Shown piece after piece: positions 25,341-36,043 of a DNA stretch of 64,000 bases. Both the position numbers and the translations under genes were made by a program. Positions within the stretch are counted from its first letter, which is position 1; every line of letters starts with the position of its first letter. The DNA is from an uncultured Thermodesulfobacteriota bacterium (lineage in GTDB: Bacteria > Desulfobacterota > Anaeroferrophillalia > Anaeroferrophillales > Tharpellaceae). The stretch spans positions 128,332 to 192,331 of the forward strand of contig CAYWGC010000001.1 of the NCBI GenBank assembly GCA_964457755.1, read 5' to 3'. The notes beneath the pieces are model-generated. The model ran no database searches, was not told the DNA's origin, and was given only the letters and a program-made list of their open reading frames with translations.

Positions 25341-28300
25341 ATGAAAAAAATTTACCCCATTATCCTGGGAGCCTTCTTACTGGTCCTCACCCCTCTGCTG
25401 GTCGGTGCAACGCACCCCCCGGTAACCCTTTACGACGGTCACGGTAATCGCATCATTGATCAACTTGATGACAGCGAAATCGTTACTGCGGCCGGCGGCT
25501 CAACTTACAAAGCCGGGCCGCCCTACAGCCCCAAACAGACCTGCGGCAAATGTCATGACTACCACGAAGTCACCAAAGCCTACCATTTTCGTGAAGGCGC
25601 CGGTGAAGACGGCCAAGGTATCAGTGATACCTGGAGCAGTGAGAATCAGGACAACCCGCTCTACAAATACCTGGCCAATGCTTATGGACATCTTTTGAGC
25701 CCGGGTCAATTTGGAGCGTGGTGACCGCCGTCTTACCGCCAGGTGGCGGTAAAAAAAGAGCGCGGCCACTTCCTTGATCCTTTTACCTCTGAAGATAAAC
25801 CTTACTTTTTTGACATGGGAACCGCAGATCACATTGCCACTTGTGAATCTTGCCATCCCGGTGGTGGTCCGGTTGAAGGTATCGTCAATATGGATGGGAC
25901 GATGACCCAGTTTGACGACCCCAGTCTGGCACCCGAACACTCTTACGATCGTGACTTTTACGGTTACAGTTCCAACGATCTCACCATGGCTATTTATGGT
26001 TCTGATTCGATTTCGGAAACCATGGCCAATATCGGCGACCCCAAACCCCACGACTGGTCCAAATCCGGCGTCGTTGAAGCCGACTGCCTGCTCTGCCACA
26101 TCGATCCAGAAAGTGCTTACAGCTACCGAGCTGCTGATGGTCTTAAAGTGCAGTCCTTCCGCCCCCGGATGATGATTTTCGCGGAACGCGACGAAAATTT
26201 CAAGGCCCAGAAAATTTCTTTTGGGATGCCAACCAAAGTTGGCCTCGAAAACAGTTCGGCCCTCTACTACAGTGACAGCCTGCAACGCATGGGTCGACCG
26301 ACACCAATGATGGCTTTAGGTCAACTACCAAAAGAGATTGTCGGCGAGATGATGCAGATGTGGGTTGACGGTCTTGCCGGAATTGAAGCCCAGGGCATCA
26401 ACCTGCCTTTCGCCCTTTACGGCCAGAATATCAGTAAAATCTGGGAAACCAACGGCATGCTCAAGGCAGCCTACTGCGCCAACCCCAACGGCGTCATGGA
26501 TGAAATGGGCCGCCTCCAGGGAGCTCAAGCTGCAATTGGCTCACTCTTTCAGGGATTTCTCCAATTCATGATTGGCAAAGGTTTATTACCGCCGGATGCC
26601 GACATGAATATACTAATGGGCCTTTTCTTTAATGATTTCATCTACGCCTATCAGCTGCAATTTCCCAACGATATGCTTTTGCCGATTCCTTACGCTCTTA
26701 GAGCTTACGAACCCGGCAAATTCTACACTAACTGGGACAGTTTTCACGCCTCAACCCGTGACTATATCCGCTCCGGCCTGATCGAAGGCGAGGGCATTCC
26801 CTATGTCGGCAAAAACGGTACGGAATTGAGTGCCACCATGTACGGCATGGGCAAGATTATGCAGGGCGACTATACTTATGTCAACCAGGCAACCGGTCAA
26901 CTTGATCTCTCTCTGGTCATTCAGGACCTCCAGGAAGGTAAAATTCCGGAAGGTGAGATCAATCCGGTACTCCATGATTATCTGCCGAGTTTCTTCAACT
27001 ATATGCCCTCCGGCGAACTCATGGGCCTCGACTTTAACCAGGACGGGGCTCCAGTTACCTATCTGCGGATAGATCGCGATGGTGATGACTGGACACCAAA
27101 AGTCTTTTACAATCTCGCTGATATCGGGGCTGACGGGGTTCTCCCCATGGCCGAGATGTTTGGTGGCAGCAAAGACCGAGAAAGTTATAAATGGGTAAAA
27201 GTTTGTGGTCAGTGTCATGTCATGACCAAGGATCACGGCAACAGCGAATGGACCAAAGCCCGTCTCTACAATATGGGTTTCCCGGCCGATTATGTCAAAA
27301 ACGGTCACTACGTCAATTTTACCGATGATCAGGAAGATCGCGGCTACGATGTTCATATGTCGGGTAAATGGATGGGTTGCGGCAGCTGTCATCTGCGCGA
27401 TAACGGATCTTTGAACGACAAGCATAATTTTCTAAAAGGGGTCGATACGGCCCACATGGTGCGTAACGATCTTGATGCCAACCCCAGGGTCAAAAGCTGT
27501 GAAGGTTGTCACCTTGCAGGCGAAGGGCACGGCAGCAACCCAGCCCTCAAACATGAAGAAGTTTTCGGCGAAAGCACCGGTCGCCATCTCTCTGAAGTCT
27601 CCTGCCAGGCCTGTCATGTACCCTTCAGGAAAACCTGGCGCTTTAGAGCTTTTGATGACACTTTAGGCTACTACGCCAACTTTGATAACCTCATGGGTTA
27701 CAACATTCTGCCCGGCGGCGATGGCGCAATCATGGCCTTTCCCTCACCAGCTTATGCAATCTCACCGGTCTACTCCTGTTCCCCGGGCTATGGCATTCCT
27801 CACTTCAATATGCTTGCCAACCACATTGAAGCCGATGGCCAGGGCATTGAATCTATGGATGTCCAGTCGCAGATGGTTGACTACTTCTTTATGGACGGTG
27901 AGTCCGATCCCGGCCAGATGGTCAACGGCATGCCGACCAACTTTAAATTTGACTTCTGGAAATATTTTCTTCAGGCCGGTTACGAAGGCATGAAGGCGAT
28001 GGGTGTCCCCCTCGAGTATACCGATCTCACCGATAACGAAGTTTTTCCGCCGCTCTACTATGCAAACGGCATCAACGGTTATCCGCAGGTGGTTACTGGC
28101 AATCCGATCACGGTTATGACCTGGGTCGACACCAACCCCCAACCGGATGCTGACATGAGTGAGATGGCTTATAGCGGTGCCCGTATTCTCTATCTCAAAG
28201 AGATGAATGCGATCATTAGAGATTACAAACGCCCAACTAAACTGGGCATGGTTAACCCTATGGATCTGGCGATGATTCCGGCTAATGACCCGACCTGGGC

Positions 28301-29360
28301 TGAAAATCCCTATGTCGGACGCGTAATCCTTAAAGAGAGTGGTTACGTTATCTTTGACCATACCGGCGACATGTTCCCCGATATCTGGTGGGACGAAGAT
28401 GTCAGAGCGGTCCAGGAGTCCCTCAAAAAAGTCCTTATCGCTGAAGGCGGCACCGACCCCAACCCGGTAATGTTTCTTGCAGCTCACTACTTCTCCGACA
28501 GCCATGGGGTGCAACCTAAAGAGTACTCTTTAGGGGCCAAGTCCTGTAATGACTGTCATGGTGACGTAACCAAGGATGCCGGGGCCCTGCGGGTTACCGA
28601 CCGCATCATCTCTTATCTGCCTTGGGCTCCACCCTGGTTTAGAGATGAAAACCGGGCTATGCGTTACGACCCTGAACAGGGTATGATCCCAGCCAACCCC
28701 GACGGTCTCTTCATTGTTGATGGCGAAATCGACTACGTCCAAGCAATCGAAGCCAACGGCATGCGTTTTCTTGGCGCCAGAGAGAAAGATATTCTCAAAC
28801 TCAGTCACCATCATGCAGAAGCCCTCTTCACTTTAGCTTCCGAAGGAACGGTTACCGGTGACTCAATCTTCGGCGTTGACCCGACCCTGCTGTCTCCTGA
28901 AGAAAGAGCCACGGAATATGCTAAACAGGTCGTCAACGGCCCCTGGATGGATAAAACCCATTTCTACATCCCGCAAGAGCTTAAACCACAACTTGCCGGT
29001 TTAGGTTTTGTTGTCGGCGGTAAAGAGGATGTCTACTTAAGTGGCCGCGGCTTTGCTCAAGCCTACACGCTGCGCTATGAACTTATGGCTCCGCATGAAG
29101 TAGATAACGCAGCCGTCAGGACACATGCTTTACCGGCTGCCATTATCCGCCTGCCCTTTACCGGTAGCACGCCAGAAATCTGGACTATGGGTGAACACGA
29201 CACCTTCTTTAAACTTGACACCAACGCCGTTATTGTCGGCCACCAGAGCGCCTACGTTCTCGTCAAGGTCAATAACCCTGGCGAGTATGTCGCGGTCGAA
29301 CAGGGAGCCGGCGGTGGCAACGCTCTGCTTTATGACCTCTGGGGGGCTTTCTTCAAGTAG
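25341..29360 (+). CDS. Very large octaheme c-type cytochrome (about 1340 aa if read through). The N-terminal signal-peptide/monoheme segment (25341-25721) and the 1205-aa heptaheme body (25743-29360) are in the same frame, separated only by TGA at 25722-25724. Either a selenocysteine or read-through gene, or a recent pseudogene.
   Basis: Frame arithmetic: (25743-25341) is divisible by 3. The first segment has the signal peptide MKKIYPIILGAFLLVLTPLLVGA and CGKCH. The second has CESCH, CLLCH, CGQCH, CGSCH, CEGCH, CQACH and CNDCH but no export signal of its own. Haem density is low, implying large non-haem domains. Confidence 0.6.
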
Positions 29361-29392
29361 CCCCTGATTACCAAACAACCTCATAAAAAAGA

Positions 29393-29426
29393 GCTCTTTC
29401 CTTTACCGGAGAGAGCCCTTTTTTTT
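29393..29426. terminator. Rho-independent terminator (usable in both orientations) after the large cytochrome
   Basis: GCTCTTTCC-TTTACC-GGAGAGAGC hairpin followed by T8; A-run on the opposite side. Confidence 0.65.
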
Positions 29427-29444
29427 GTCAAAATAAAGCATTTT

Positions 29445-30173
29445 CTAAGTTTTATTTTTCGCTCCAACCGATTTCCAACTGCCAAAACCCACAGATTCCA
29501 CCGGCAGTACCGGACCGCCACCCCAAAGCCGCGGGCGAAGCCAGCCCTGGGTATCAATTGAATCATCAAAACCAGGTACCATCGCATTGCGATCAATCGA
29601 CAGAACCCGGATGCCATGTGCTTCCAAATCACCGACTCGTATGTTCGAGTCAAATTGGCGCAGTCCGCCAAATTCGATAAAACGACCACTCCACCCGGAT
29701 AACGTCAAGCCGACCCCGGCTGTAGCTCCGATAATACCATCATTGGTACCACCGTGACCAGATAAATGAACCCTGTCAGCTGCTTTTAAAGCCTCTTTTT
29801 GGGTTACAATTCGGGTACAAGCTGTACGCCCAAAAGCGATCAGATCATTAACCGCATCACTGTCGACCGAAGCCACACACAAACCCGGATCGCTACCCAC
29901 CATAAAATGCTCTTGAATATGCTCGGCGCCTCGTTCAATAATTTCATCTATTCCAGAGGGCTCGACATTATCCAGGATTAAGCAGGCCGCACTGTTATGA
30001 GAGGTATAGGGAATCCCCTCCAGGACGGGAAGCTGTTGCCGGACCACTCCGTATAAACGAACGCCTTCGGAAAGTTTCTTTTCAAACCAGCGGGCCATTT
30101 TACCAGTACCACGATCAGCACCAACAATATCCGTATCATCGAACCCAACATAAACTCTCAACTTGACCTCCAT
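29445..30173 (-). CDS. Conserved hypothetical protein (243 aa); co-directional with, and possibly functionally linked to, the downstream ECF transporter genes
   Basis: ORF 29445-30248, start moved to MEVKLRVYVGFDDTD. Gly-rich motif LSGHGGTNDGIIGATAGVG. Family not recognised. Confidence 0.35.
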   Translation of the reverse strand: MEVKLRVYVGFDDTDIVGADRGTGKMARWFEKKLSEGVRLYGVVRQQLPVLEGIPYTSHNSAACLILDNVEPSGIDEIIERGAEHIQEHFMVGSDPGLCVASVDSDAVNDLIAFGRTACTRIVTQKEALKAADRVHLSGHGGTNDGIIGATAGVGLTLSGWSGRFIEFGGLRQFDSNIRVGDLEAHGIRVLSIDRNAMVPGFDDSIDTQGWLRPRLWGGGPVLPVESVGFGSWKSVGAKNKT

Positions 30174-30328
30174 TTTCTGAACTTCAGCCGGAAGACTGAA
30201 AATTCTGTCTGCTATTATTTTTACTCTCTTGAAAATTACAATTTTCACCTAATGCAATAACCAGACAAAAAGGCAATTTTTCAAGAGCCTTATGGTTACA
30301 GGGTTATTCAACACCTAAAATAAAACGG

Positions 30329-30883
30329 TCATGGCCGGCCTTGTTCGTCGATCACACCATGGGATATCAATTTACGTATAACTGCCGGAACTGCGGCGCC
30401 GCTGGCCATACCGAAAAAAATACTTCCGGCGGACTTGATCAGAGCATGCTGGAGCATGATCGTTGTATCCATGCCCACCATAAAATCTATCAAAAGTGAA
30501 GTTAGTAAACGGCTGGCCGCAGCCAGCCCTGCGGCCAGCATACATAAAACAACCGATTGAAAAAGACCGGGAATAACTCCAGCCAGAAGATCAATGATAA
30601 GTCCCGGTAGAATAAATTTAACAATTAACAGGGGGCCGCCTTTGCCAAGCCCCAAAAGCATGGTTAAAATACCCGCCAGCAATCCCGAAAAAGAGGCTGC
30701 CAGCCGATGTTTGACACAGCCGCGGGCGATAAGCAGAAAAAACATCGTAAAAAACATGCTATGCCCAGGAATTTTCAAATGCAGTCTTAGAGCCATCTTG
30801 GCGGAAACAATAAAAACCGCACAAAATCCAAGAAACAGAGAATCTTTAAGAGATAGTTTCATAAATATCAATCTCCAGACCAA
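30329..30883 (-). CDS. Integral membrane protein (about 6 TM), candidate ECF-transporter substrate-capture (S) component
   Basis: 184 aa, highly hydrophobic; overlaps the start of the upstream fused EcfAA'T gene by 16 nt. Confidence 0.4.
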   Translation of the reverse strand: MVWRLIFMKLSLKDSLFLGFCAVFIVSAKMALRLHLKIPGHSMFFTMFFLLIARGCVKHRLAASFSGLLAGILTMLLGLGKGGPLLIVKFILPGLIIDLLAGVIPGLFQSVVLCMLAAGLAAASRLLTSLLIDFMVGMDTTIMLQHALIKSAGSIFFGMASGAAVPAVIRKLISHGVIDEQGRP

Positions 30884-33012
30884 ACCGTTCTTTTCGTGGA
30901 GATGCCAAAATCCCGGGCGCTTGCGGCAAGGGCAATATCACCAGCCAGTGAAAGAGTTTTGATCAGAGTCGGAACTGCCAAACAACTAAACCAATCCGGC
31001 CAGAAGCACGGATTTTTCAAATCCACAACCATAATCCGAGCTCCACGTAAAATCTGAGTTTCACGAATCTCCTCTATTTCAGTCAGTAACATTGGCAAAA
31101 ATCGCAGACAGACGGCTACAACAAAGGCGATGCGGTAGGGCAGGAAATGGGATAGCGTGCGCATGATTCGAGGCTGGGAATTGGACGAAATGAAAATCAT
31201 TCCCGGCCAGAAGGCGAGAAACAATTGCCAGGCCGTCTGTAATCCCGGGATTATCCCTTCCGGCAGACCAAAACGGAACCCATATAGTAAAACTACAAGC
31301 ACCGCCTGCCAGAAAAAAAAGACCACACTTTTGCGCATAAAACGCAACGGTTTAGGGCCTGAAACAATTATCAATCCAAAATTCATGGCTGTCAACCCCG
31401 CCAACAGAACTGGAGACCGGGCGGCAAAGGCTGCCATTGAAAGAGAAAGAGAGAGGATGAGCATCAGGCCGGTACCGAGAGATCTCTTTTGCACAGATGG
31501 TGGAGTTGCAATAAGGGTTTTTGCAGAGATCGGGCCGGGCTTTTTTTGACTATGGTTTAATTTCATTTCAGAAAGATCAATTACCCGGTCAGCCCAATTG
31601 GCAACGCTGTCAGTGTCATGAGAAGTCCAGATAATGGTGATCTCATTGGCATCTGCAATCTCTGTGACGAGCTCCATTATTTTGCGGGTTCGTTGGCGGT
31701 CGAGGCCGGCAAAAGGATCATCAAGTAACAAAATTTCCGGTTTGCCGGCCAAAACCGCAGCAAGCCCGACAAGATGTTTCTGTCCGTAACTGAGCAAATG
31801 TGGCGAAGCTGTGGCAAGGTGGTCCAGTTCCAGCCGTTCCAGGAGAGTGTTTACATGCTCAGATATCTGCATCTCGCTGAGGCCATTGCGGCGGGCGGAG
31901 AATGCGACTTCGGCAAAAACTGTGGTTTCAAAAATCTGCTTTTGCGGATCTTGAAAAAGTAACGAGACCCGGCCGCGCAGATCTGACATCCGGGGAGTAC
32001 GCCCAAAGATCTCGATGCTTCCGGTAAAAGGTTGAACCAACCCGACCAAGCTTCTCAATAATGTCGTTTTACCGGAGCCATTGGGTCCGCAAACAGCGAT
32101 TTTTTCGCCGCGAACAAGATCAAAAGAGAGGGCGGGTATAACCTGCCCATGATGACCATTTTCAAAACGGAAACCTTTAACCCTGATTATACACTCAGCA
32201 TCTGCCCGGGGTTGGTGAAGGATGTTGTCCTTCTGCGACTGTTTGTCGCGAAAAGAAGAGCTCTCTACGACTTTATTAATCTCTGAACCGGACGAATTGG
32301 AAAGATTTTCAGAAACCCTGGCGCGATCGTAAAGGGCTCCTTTCTCATCCAGATACCAGCTTTGATCGACAATTTCTTGGAGAAGTTCTGACCGATGATC
32401 ACAAACTAATACAGTCCGGCCTGATTTTTTCAGATCTCGAATCAGCGCAAGTGTCTTCTCTCGTCCTTCATGATCAAGCTGAGTCATGGGCTCATCGAAC
32501 ATTACAAAAAAAGGGTCCATTACCATAATTCCAGCCATGCAGGCCCGGTACTGCTGCCCCATGGAGAGACTGTCCACCGGCTGGCTAAAAGGCAGTTTAA
32601 GCCCGACTTGTTCCAGGGCTTGTTCCACTTTCAGGGGCATTTGCAATGGGTCAACCTGATTATTTTCCAAGCCAAAGGCCACATCTGACCCGAGAGTGGC
32701 ATTAAGTAACTGGGTTCTGGGATTCTGCATAATCAAACCGGCAAAACCCTGATCGTGGCCGGCATAATTCGAACTTACCCGCCGGATTTCACCGGTTTGT
32801 CGACTTCCCGTCGGCAGAAGTCCCCTGAGAGCCAGCATTAAGGTCGTTTTGCCGGAACCGGTTGGACCATGCAAAAAGTAACAATGCCCGGCTTTAATCT
32901 GCAAAGAGATGTCACGCAAAACCCAGTCTGAGCTACCCGGATAAGCGTAGGAAAATCGATCCAGAGAAATGATGGTCGATGATTGTTTAGAAACGATATT
33001 CGACCCCACCAT
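30868..33012 (-). CDS. Fused ECF-type ABC transporter: two ATPase domains (EcfA-EcfA') plus a C-terminal EcfT/CbiQ-like transmembrane domain
   Basis: Two Walker A motifs (GPTGSGKTT and GPNGSGKTT), two LSxGQ signatures and two Walker B motifs, then about 250 aa of TM helices. Start uncertain (33012 or 33096). Confidence 0.75.
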   Translation of the reverse strand: MVGSNIVSKQSSTIISLDRFSYAYPGSSDWVLRDISLQIKAGHCYFLHGPTGSGKTTLMLALRGLLPTGSRQTGEIRRVSSNYAGHDQGFAGLIMQNPRTQLLNATLGSDVAFGLENNQVDPLQMPLKVEQALEQVGLKLPFSQPVDSLSMGQQYRACMAGIMVMDPFFVMFDEPMTQLDHEGREKTLALIRDLKKSGRTVLVCDHRSELLQEIVDQSWYLDEKGALYDRARVSENLSNSSGSEINKVVESSSFRDKQSQKDNILHQPRADAECIIRVKGFRFENGHHGQVIPALSFDLVRGEKIAVCGPNGSGKTTLLRSLVGLVQPFTGSIEIFGRTPRMSDLRGRVSLLFQDPQKQIFETTVFAEVAFSARRNGLSEMQISEHVNTLLERLELDHLATASPHLLSYGQKHLVGLAAVLAGKPEILLLDDPFAGLDRQRTRKIMELVTEIADANEITIIWTSHDTDSVANWADRVIDLSEMKLNHSQKKPGPISAKTLIATPPSVQKRSLGTGLMLILSLSLSMAAFAARSPVLLAGLTAMNFGLIIVSGPKPLRFMRKSVVFFFWQAVLVVLLYGFRFGLPEGIIPGLQTAWQLFLAFWPGMIFISSNSQPRIMRTLSHFLPYRIAFVVAVCLRFLPMLLTEIEEIRETQILRGARIMVVDLKNPCFWPDWFSCLAVPTLIKTLSLAGDIALAASARDFGISTKRTVWSGD

Positions 33013-34969
33013 AAATCGTGCGGCCGGGCTGAGGTAAGCCGTAACTCTCTTCGTAATCTTCGTCAAAAAGATTGTCAGCACCAGCGTAAATTTCAAATCC
33101 GGAATTTAAGATGGGTTGGCTGAATTTGAGATTAACTACTGTAAAATTATCCAACTTCTTCTTTTCCAGAGGATCTTTATTATCAGCATCATAGTAATAT
33201 TGGTCGGCAATATATTGCATAGAGGCATAAGCAGTCAGACCGAAACTGAAACGGTAACGTCCTTCAGCGTTCACCGTCCATTCGGGACGATACTGCATCT
33301 CATCGCGACCAGAGTCGTCCGACTTATCTTCAGTATCAAGCCAGGTAACAGCCAGGCGGAGCATCATTTGCTCAAGGGGACGCATAGTCAGATCGGTTTC
33401 GATCCCGGCAAATTCCAAATCCTGATAATTACGGTTCTCATCACTGTCATCCTTCTCAATGAAGTCTTCAGCATCTATTATAAATCCGGTTACGGCAAAA
33501 GTCGTTCCTGCGGGTAGTTGTTGTTCGATTCCGACTTCGTAGTGCAGAGTGACCTCAGTATCAAGCTCGGGATTGCCGGAATCGCCGTCATAAAGCTGCT
33601 TAATTGAAGCAAAACGAATTTTCCGGGCATGATTGAGACGCAGTTGAGTGGTCTTGGTAAGATCCAGAGAAGCCCCGATTAGATAAGAAAAATCATTGTC
33701 GTTACCACCGTCCCGTTCTTGAAAATGATGTCCGTAACCGGCTACAACTTCAACTCGATCAGCGATTTTCTGCTCATATTCCAAAGCTATCGAATAGACC
33801 TGGATATCATGATCGCTAGAAAAATTTTCCGCCTTATTAGACTTATTGATACTGTAGCCGTCAGCATCCCAATTGTCATTAGTGGCATTCAAACCCAGGG
33901 TCACGACAGAGTTTTCGTTTATCTCGTAATTTATCTGGGTGCTTACACCGAATATTTCTGTATCTGAATCCTGTTTATAAGCCCCATTTTTTTTTCGGGT
34001 CACATAGCTGTCGTCATCATAACGACTCTCTTTCACGTCTGACTGGCTGTAAAACCCCCAACCGCGAAAGCTTAATGGGCCGTCGGTTTTATGGTTAAAG
34101 GACAATTGTAACGAGTTGGTTGAGAAATCGTCAATGCGTTCATATTTAACTTTTTTGGTAAAGGGATCACTCTTATCGTAGTTGGTTACCGGGGGTTTTC
34201 CGTTTTCTCCAGTCTGAAAACCCAGTACCAGACCGAGTCGGGTTTGATCACTCAACTGATAGCCGAGATTACCGAAAAGGCTGCTCCGTTCTCGATCACT
34301 GTTTTCACGCCAGTTACCGCTCTCCTCTTTGGTTTCCTGAAAATCATCGGAAAGCCTTAATTTATTGCGCTTAAAATGGTTGAGATTGGCATAAAAATCA
34401 AATTTTTCTTGCCCACCACTAAAACTAGCTTCACCAAGATAGCGACCACCCTCACCCACCTCTCCACTCATTGCGGCATGGGTTCCTTTCTGTCCACCCT
34501 TGGTGATGATATCGATAGCCCCACCATTGCCTCCGGGGCCATAAAGCACCGAACTACCACCGGCAGTTACCTTGATCTCAGCAATAATTGAAGCCGGAAT
34601 ACGGGTTGGGTCAAACTGTCCATCAAAGGTATCCCGGATCAAGATGCCATCAAGAAATAATTGAACATGACGGGTGCGAAAACCCCGGATATCGATTCTT
34701 GGGGTACCTTCTGCACCTTCTCTAACAACCAGTCCAGGAACCATCTGTAGTGCTTCATCAAGGGTCCGCGCACCCTGATCTTTTATCTCCTGAGATGTAA
34801 TCCGGTAGACTGTACCGACATTCTCGACCCCGCTTTCCGGTGCGGCTGAGACCACAATCTCTCCCAAGCGAAAAGCTTTTGTCGACGAATCATTTTCGGC
34901 GCAGTAAGATAATCCCACCGTGACAACCACAATAAACAGAGCAAACACCCCACGAAACAGATATTTCAT
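32987..34969 (-). CDS. TonB-dependent outer-membrane receptor (BtuB/CirA-like)
   Basis: Signal peptide; TonB box region (IVVSA); plug-domain motifs (ALQMVPGLVV, IDIRGF); 22-strand barrel length; C-terminal ...GGVEYRF. Confidence 0.85.
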   Translation of the reverse strand: MKYLFRGVFALFIVVVTVGLSYCAENDSSTKAFRLGEIVVSAAPESGVENVGTVYRITSQEIKDQGARTLDEALQMVPGLVVREGAEGTPRIDIRGFRTRHVQLFLDGILIRDTFDGQFDPTRIPASIIAEIKVTAGGSSVLYGPGGNGGAIDIITKGGQKGTHAAMSGEVGEGGRYLGEASFSGGQEKFDFYANLNHFKRNKLRLSDDFQETKEESGNWRENSDRERSSLFGNLGYQLSDQTRLGLVLGFQTGENGKPPVTNYDKSDPFTKKVKYERIDDFSTNSLQLSFNHKTDGPLSFRGWGFYSQSDVKESRYDDDSYVTRKKNGAYKQDSDTEIFGVSTQINYEINENSVVTLGLNATNDNWDADGYSINKSNKAENFSSDHDIQVYSIALEYEQKIADRVEVVAGYGHHFQERDGGNDNDFSYLIGASLDLTKTTQLRLNHARKIRFASIKQLYDGDSGNPELDTEVTLHYEVGIEQQLPAGTTFAVTGFIIDAEDFIEKDDSDENRNYQDLEFAGIETDLTMRPLEQMMLRLAVTWLDTEDKSDDSGRDEMQYRPEWTVNAEGRYRFSFGLTAYASMQYIADQYYYDADNKDPLEKKKLDNFTVVNLKFSQPILNSGFEIYAGADNLFDEDYEESYGLPQPGRTIYGGVEYRF

Positions 34970-35194
34970 AGCTTACCTCATCAAGTTTCTTGTTTTACCA
35001 AATCAAGTTCTGCAATCAGCATTGAACAAACGGATAGTTTGCGGTAAATAGTGCCTAAAGAACTCCAAGTCAATAAAAATTACAAAAAGTTACATAAAAT
35101 TACAAATAGACACACAACTGTTCATATCCTCCTCAATTACGAAAACTCAGCTATCGAAGTGACAGTGCCGGGTTAGGTCTCGGCTAATGTGGGC

Positions 35195-35234
35195 AAAAAA
35201 AAGCGGGCCGTCTCCTTTCTCGGAGACAGCCCGC
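35195..35234 (-). terminator. Rho-independent terminator for the minus-strand gene 35339-36043
   Basis: Minus-strand read: GCGGGCTGTCTCC-GAGAAA-GGAGACGGCCCGC followed by T8. Confidence 0.8.
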
Positions 35235-35338
35235 TTTCATCTTAGTCTAACAATAGCGACAGTACAGAGGGTTTTCTATAAAGAACACCTTTAGAGAAAA
35301 CCCTCTGAGCGATCCGCACCTGCAAGTTAAATAGTTAT

Positions 35339-36043
35339 TTACTCTTTGAGTTTGATCCGTAACTGACCATCACTGATTTTAATATCCTCGACACCTGCCG
35401 CAAAAGCTTTCCAGAAACCTCTCTCCTGACCAAATTTTTCTACCAAATCGATATTTTTCAGGTTACCGAGCCAGGCATTCGGCACCGGCACTCCCCATAA
35501 ACTGACACCTTTGAGGATGACCGTCGGCTTGCCGCCGCTATAGCTTAGCTCGAGACCGGTACTGGCCTTGATGGTTTTGCCTCCGAGCACCGGGAAATCC
35601 TTATCGACATGCAGAATCAGCCTGGCACTGGCAAGATTGTCGGAAAAATCGATAGACAACTTTTTCGCCAATTCGGTATTTTTAGCGAGCAGAGCATTGA
35701 CTTCTCTCTCGGTAAAGGTAACCTCACGCCGAGCCCCAACCTCACTGTAAGGCTGCGGTTTGAAATCATCAGCACCATTTTTTGATTTTTCAGTCCGCCG
35801 CGAGACAGTTTGTCGCGATTTTGGCGGAGCCTCAAGATACCGGAATTTAGCCTGCAGAACCTGCTCTTCAGCCGGCTTTAAAGTAACCGGTTTAAATTCG
35901 CGGGGAAAGAGGAAAACCGTGACCAGCCATATGGCAAAGGCACCGCCAAGCGCCGTCGCTACGCTGATAATCGCAAAGAGTTTAAACCAGCTAAAGGACG
36001 ATTTTTTATTATCTGCTGTTGGCAGATGGGAATCTTGAACCAT
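35339..36043 (-). CDS. Membrane-anchored hypothetical protein (234 aa)
   Basis: Single N-terminal TM helix FKLFAIISVATALGGAFAIWLVTVFLF; GGAGG RBS; its own terminator. Confidence 0.5.
   Translation of the reverse strand: MVQDSHLPTADNKKSSFSWFKLFAIISVATALGGAFAIWLVTVFLFPREFKPVTLKPAEEQVLQAKFRYLEAPPKSRQTVSRRTEKSKNGADDFKPQPYSEVGARREVTFTEREVNALLAKNTELAKKLSIDFSDNLASARLILHVDKDFPVLGGKTIKASTGLELSYSGGKPTVILKGVSLWGVPVPNAWLGNLKNIDLVEKFGQERGFWKAFAAGVEDIKISDGQLRIKLKE

Noticed and set aside
25500-28514. Long antisense ORFs (25500-26285, 26751-27425 and 27762-28514, minus strand) inside the giant cytochrome gene, plus similar antisense ORFs inside the first decahaem gene (2788-3799)
   Set aside because: They lie wholly inside strongly supported CxxCH-rich genes on the opposite strand, have no RBS and have biased, repetitive composition. 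These are shadow ORFs.
34970-35190. Possible cobalamin riboswitch upstream of the TonB-dependent receptor (the minus-strand sequence AGCCGAGACCTAACCCGGCACTG loosely resembles a B12 box)
   Set aside because: The motif lies immediately after the upstream gene's terminator, about 190 nt from the start codon. A good sigma-70-like promoter (TTGACT-17-TATTTA) sits only about 80 nt from the ATG, leaving no room for a 150-200-nt aptamer. Other conserved riboswitch blocks were not found.
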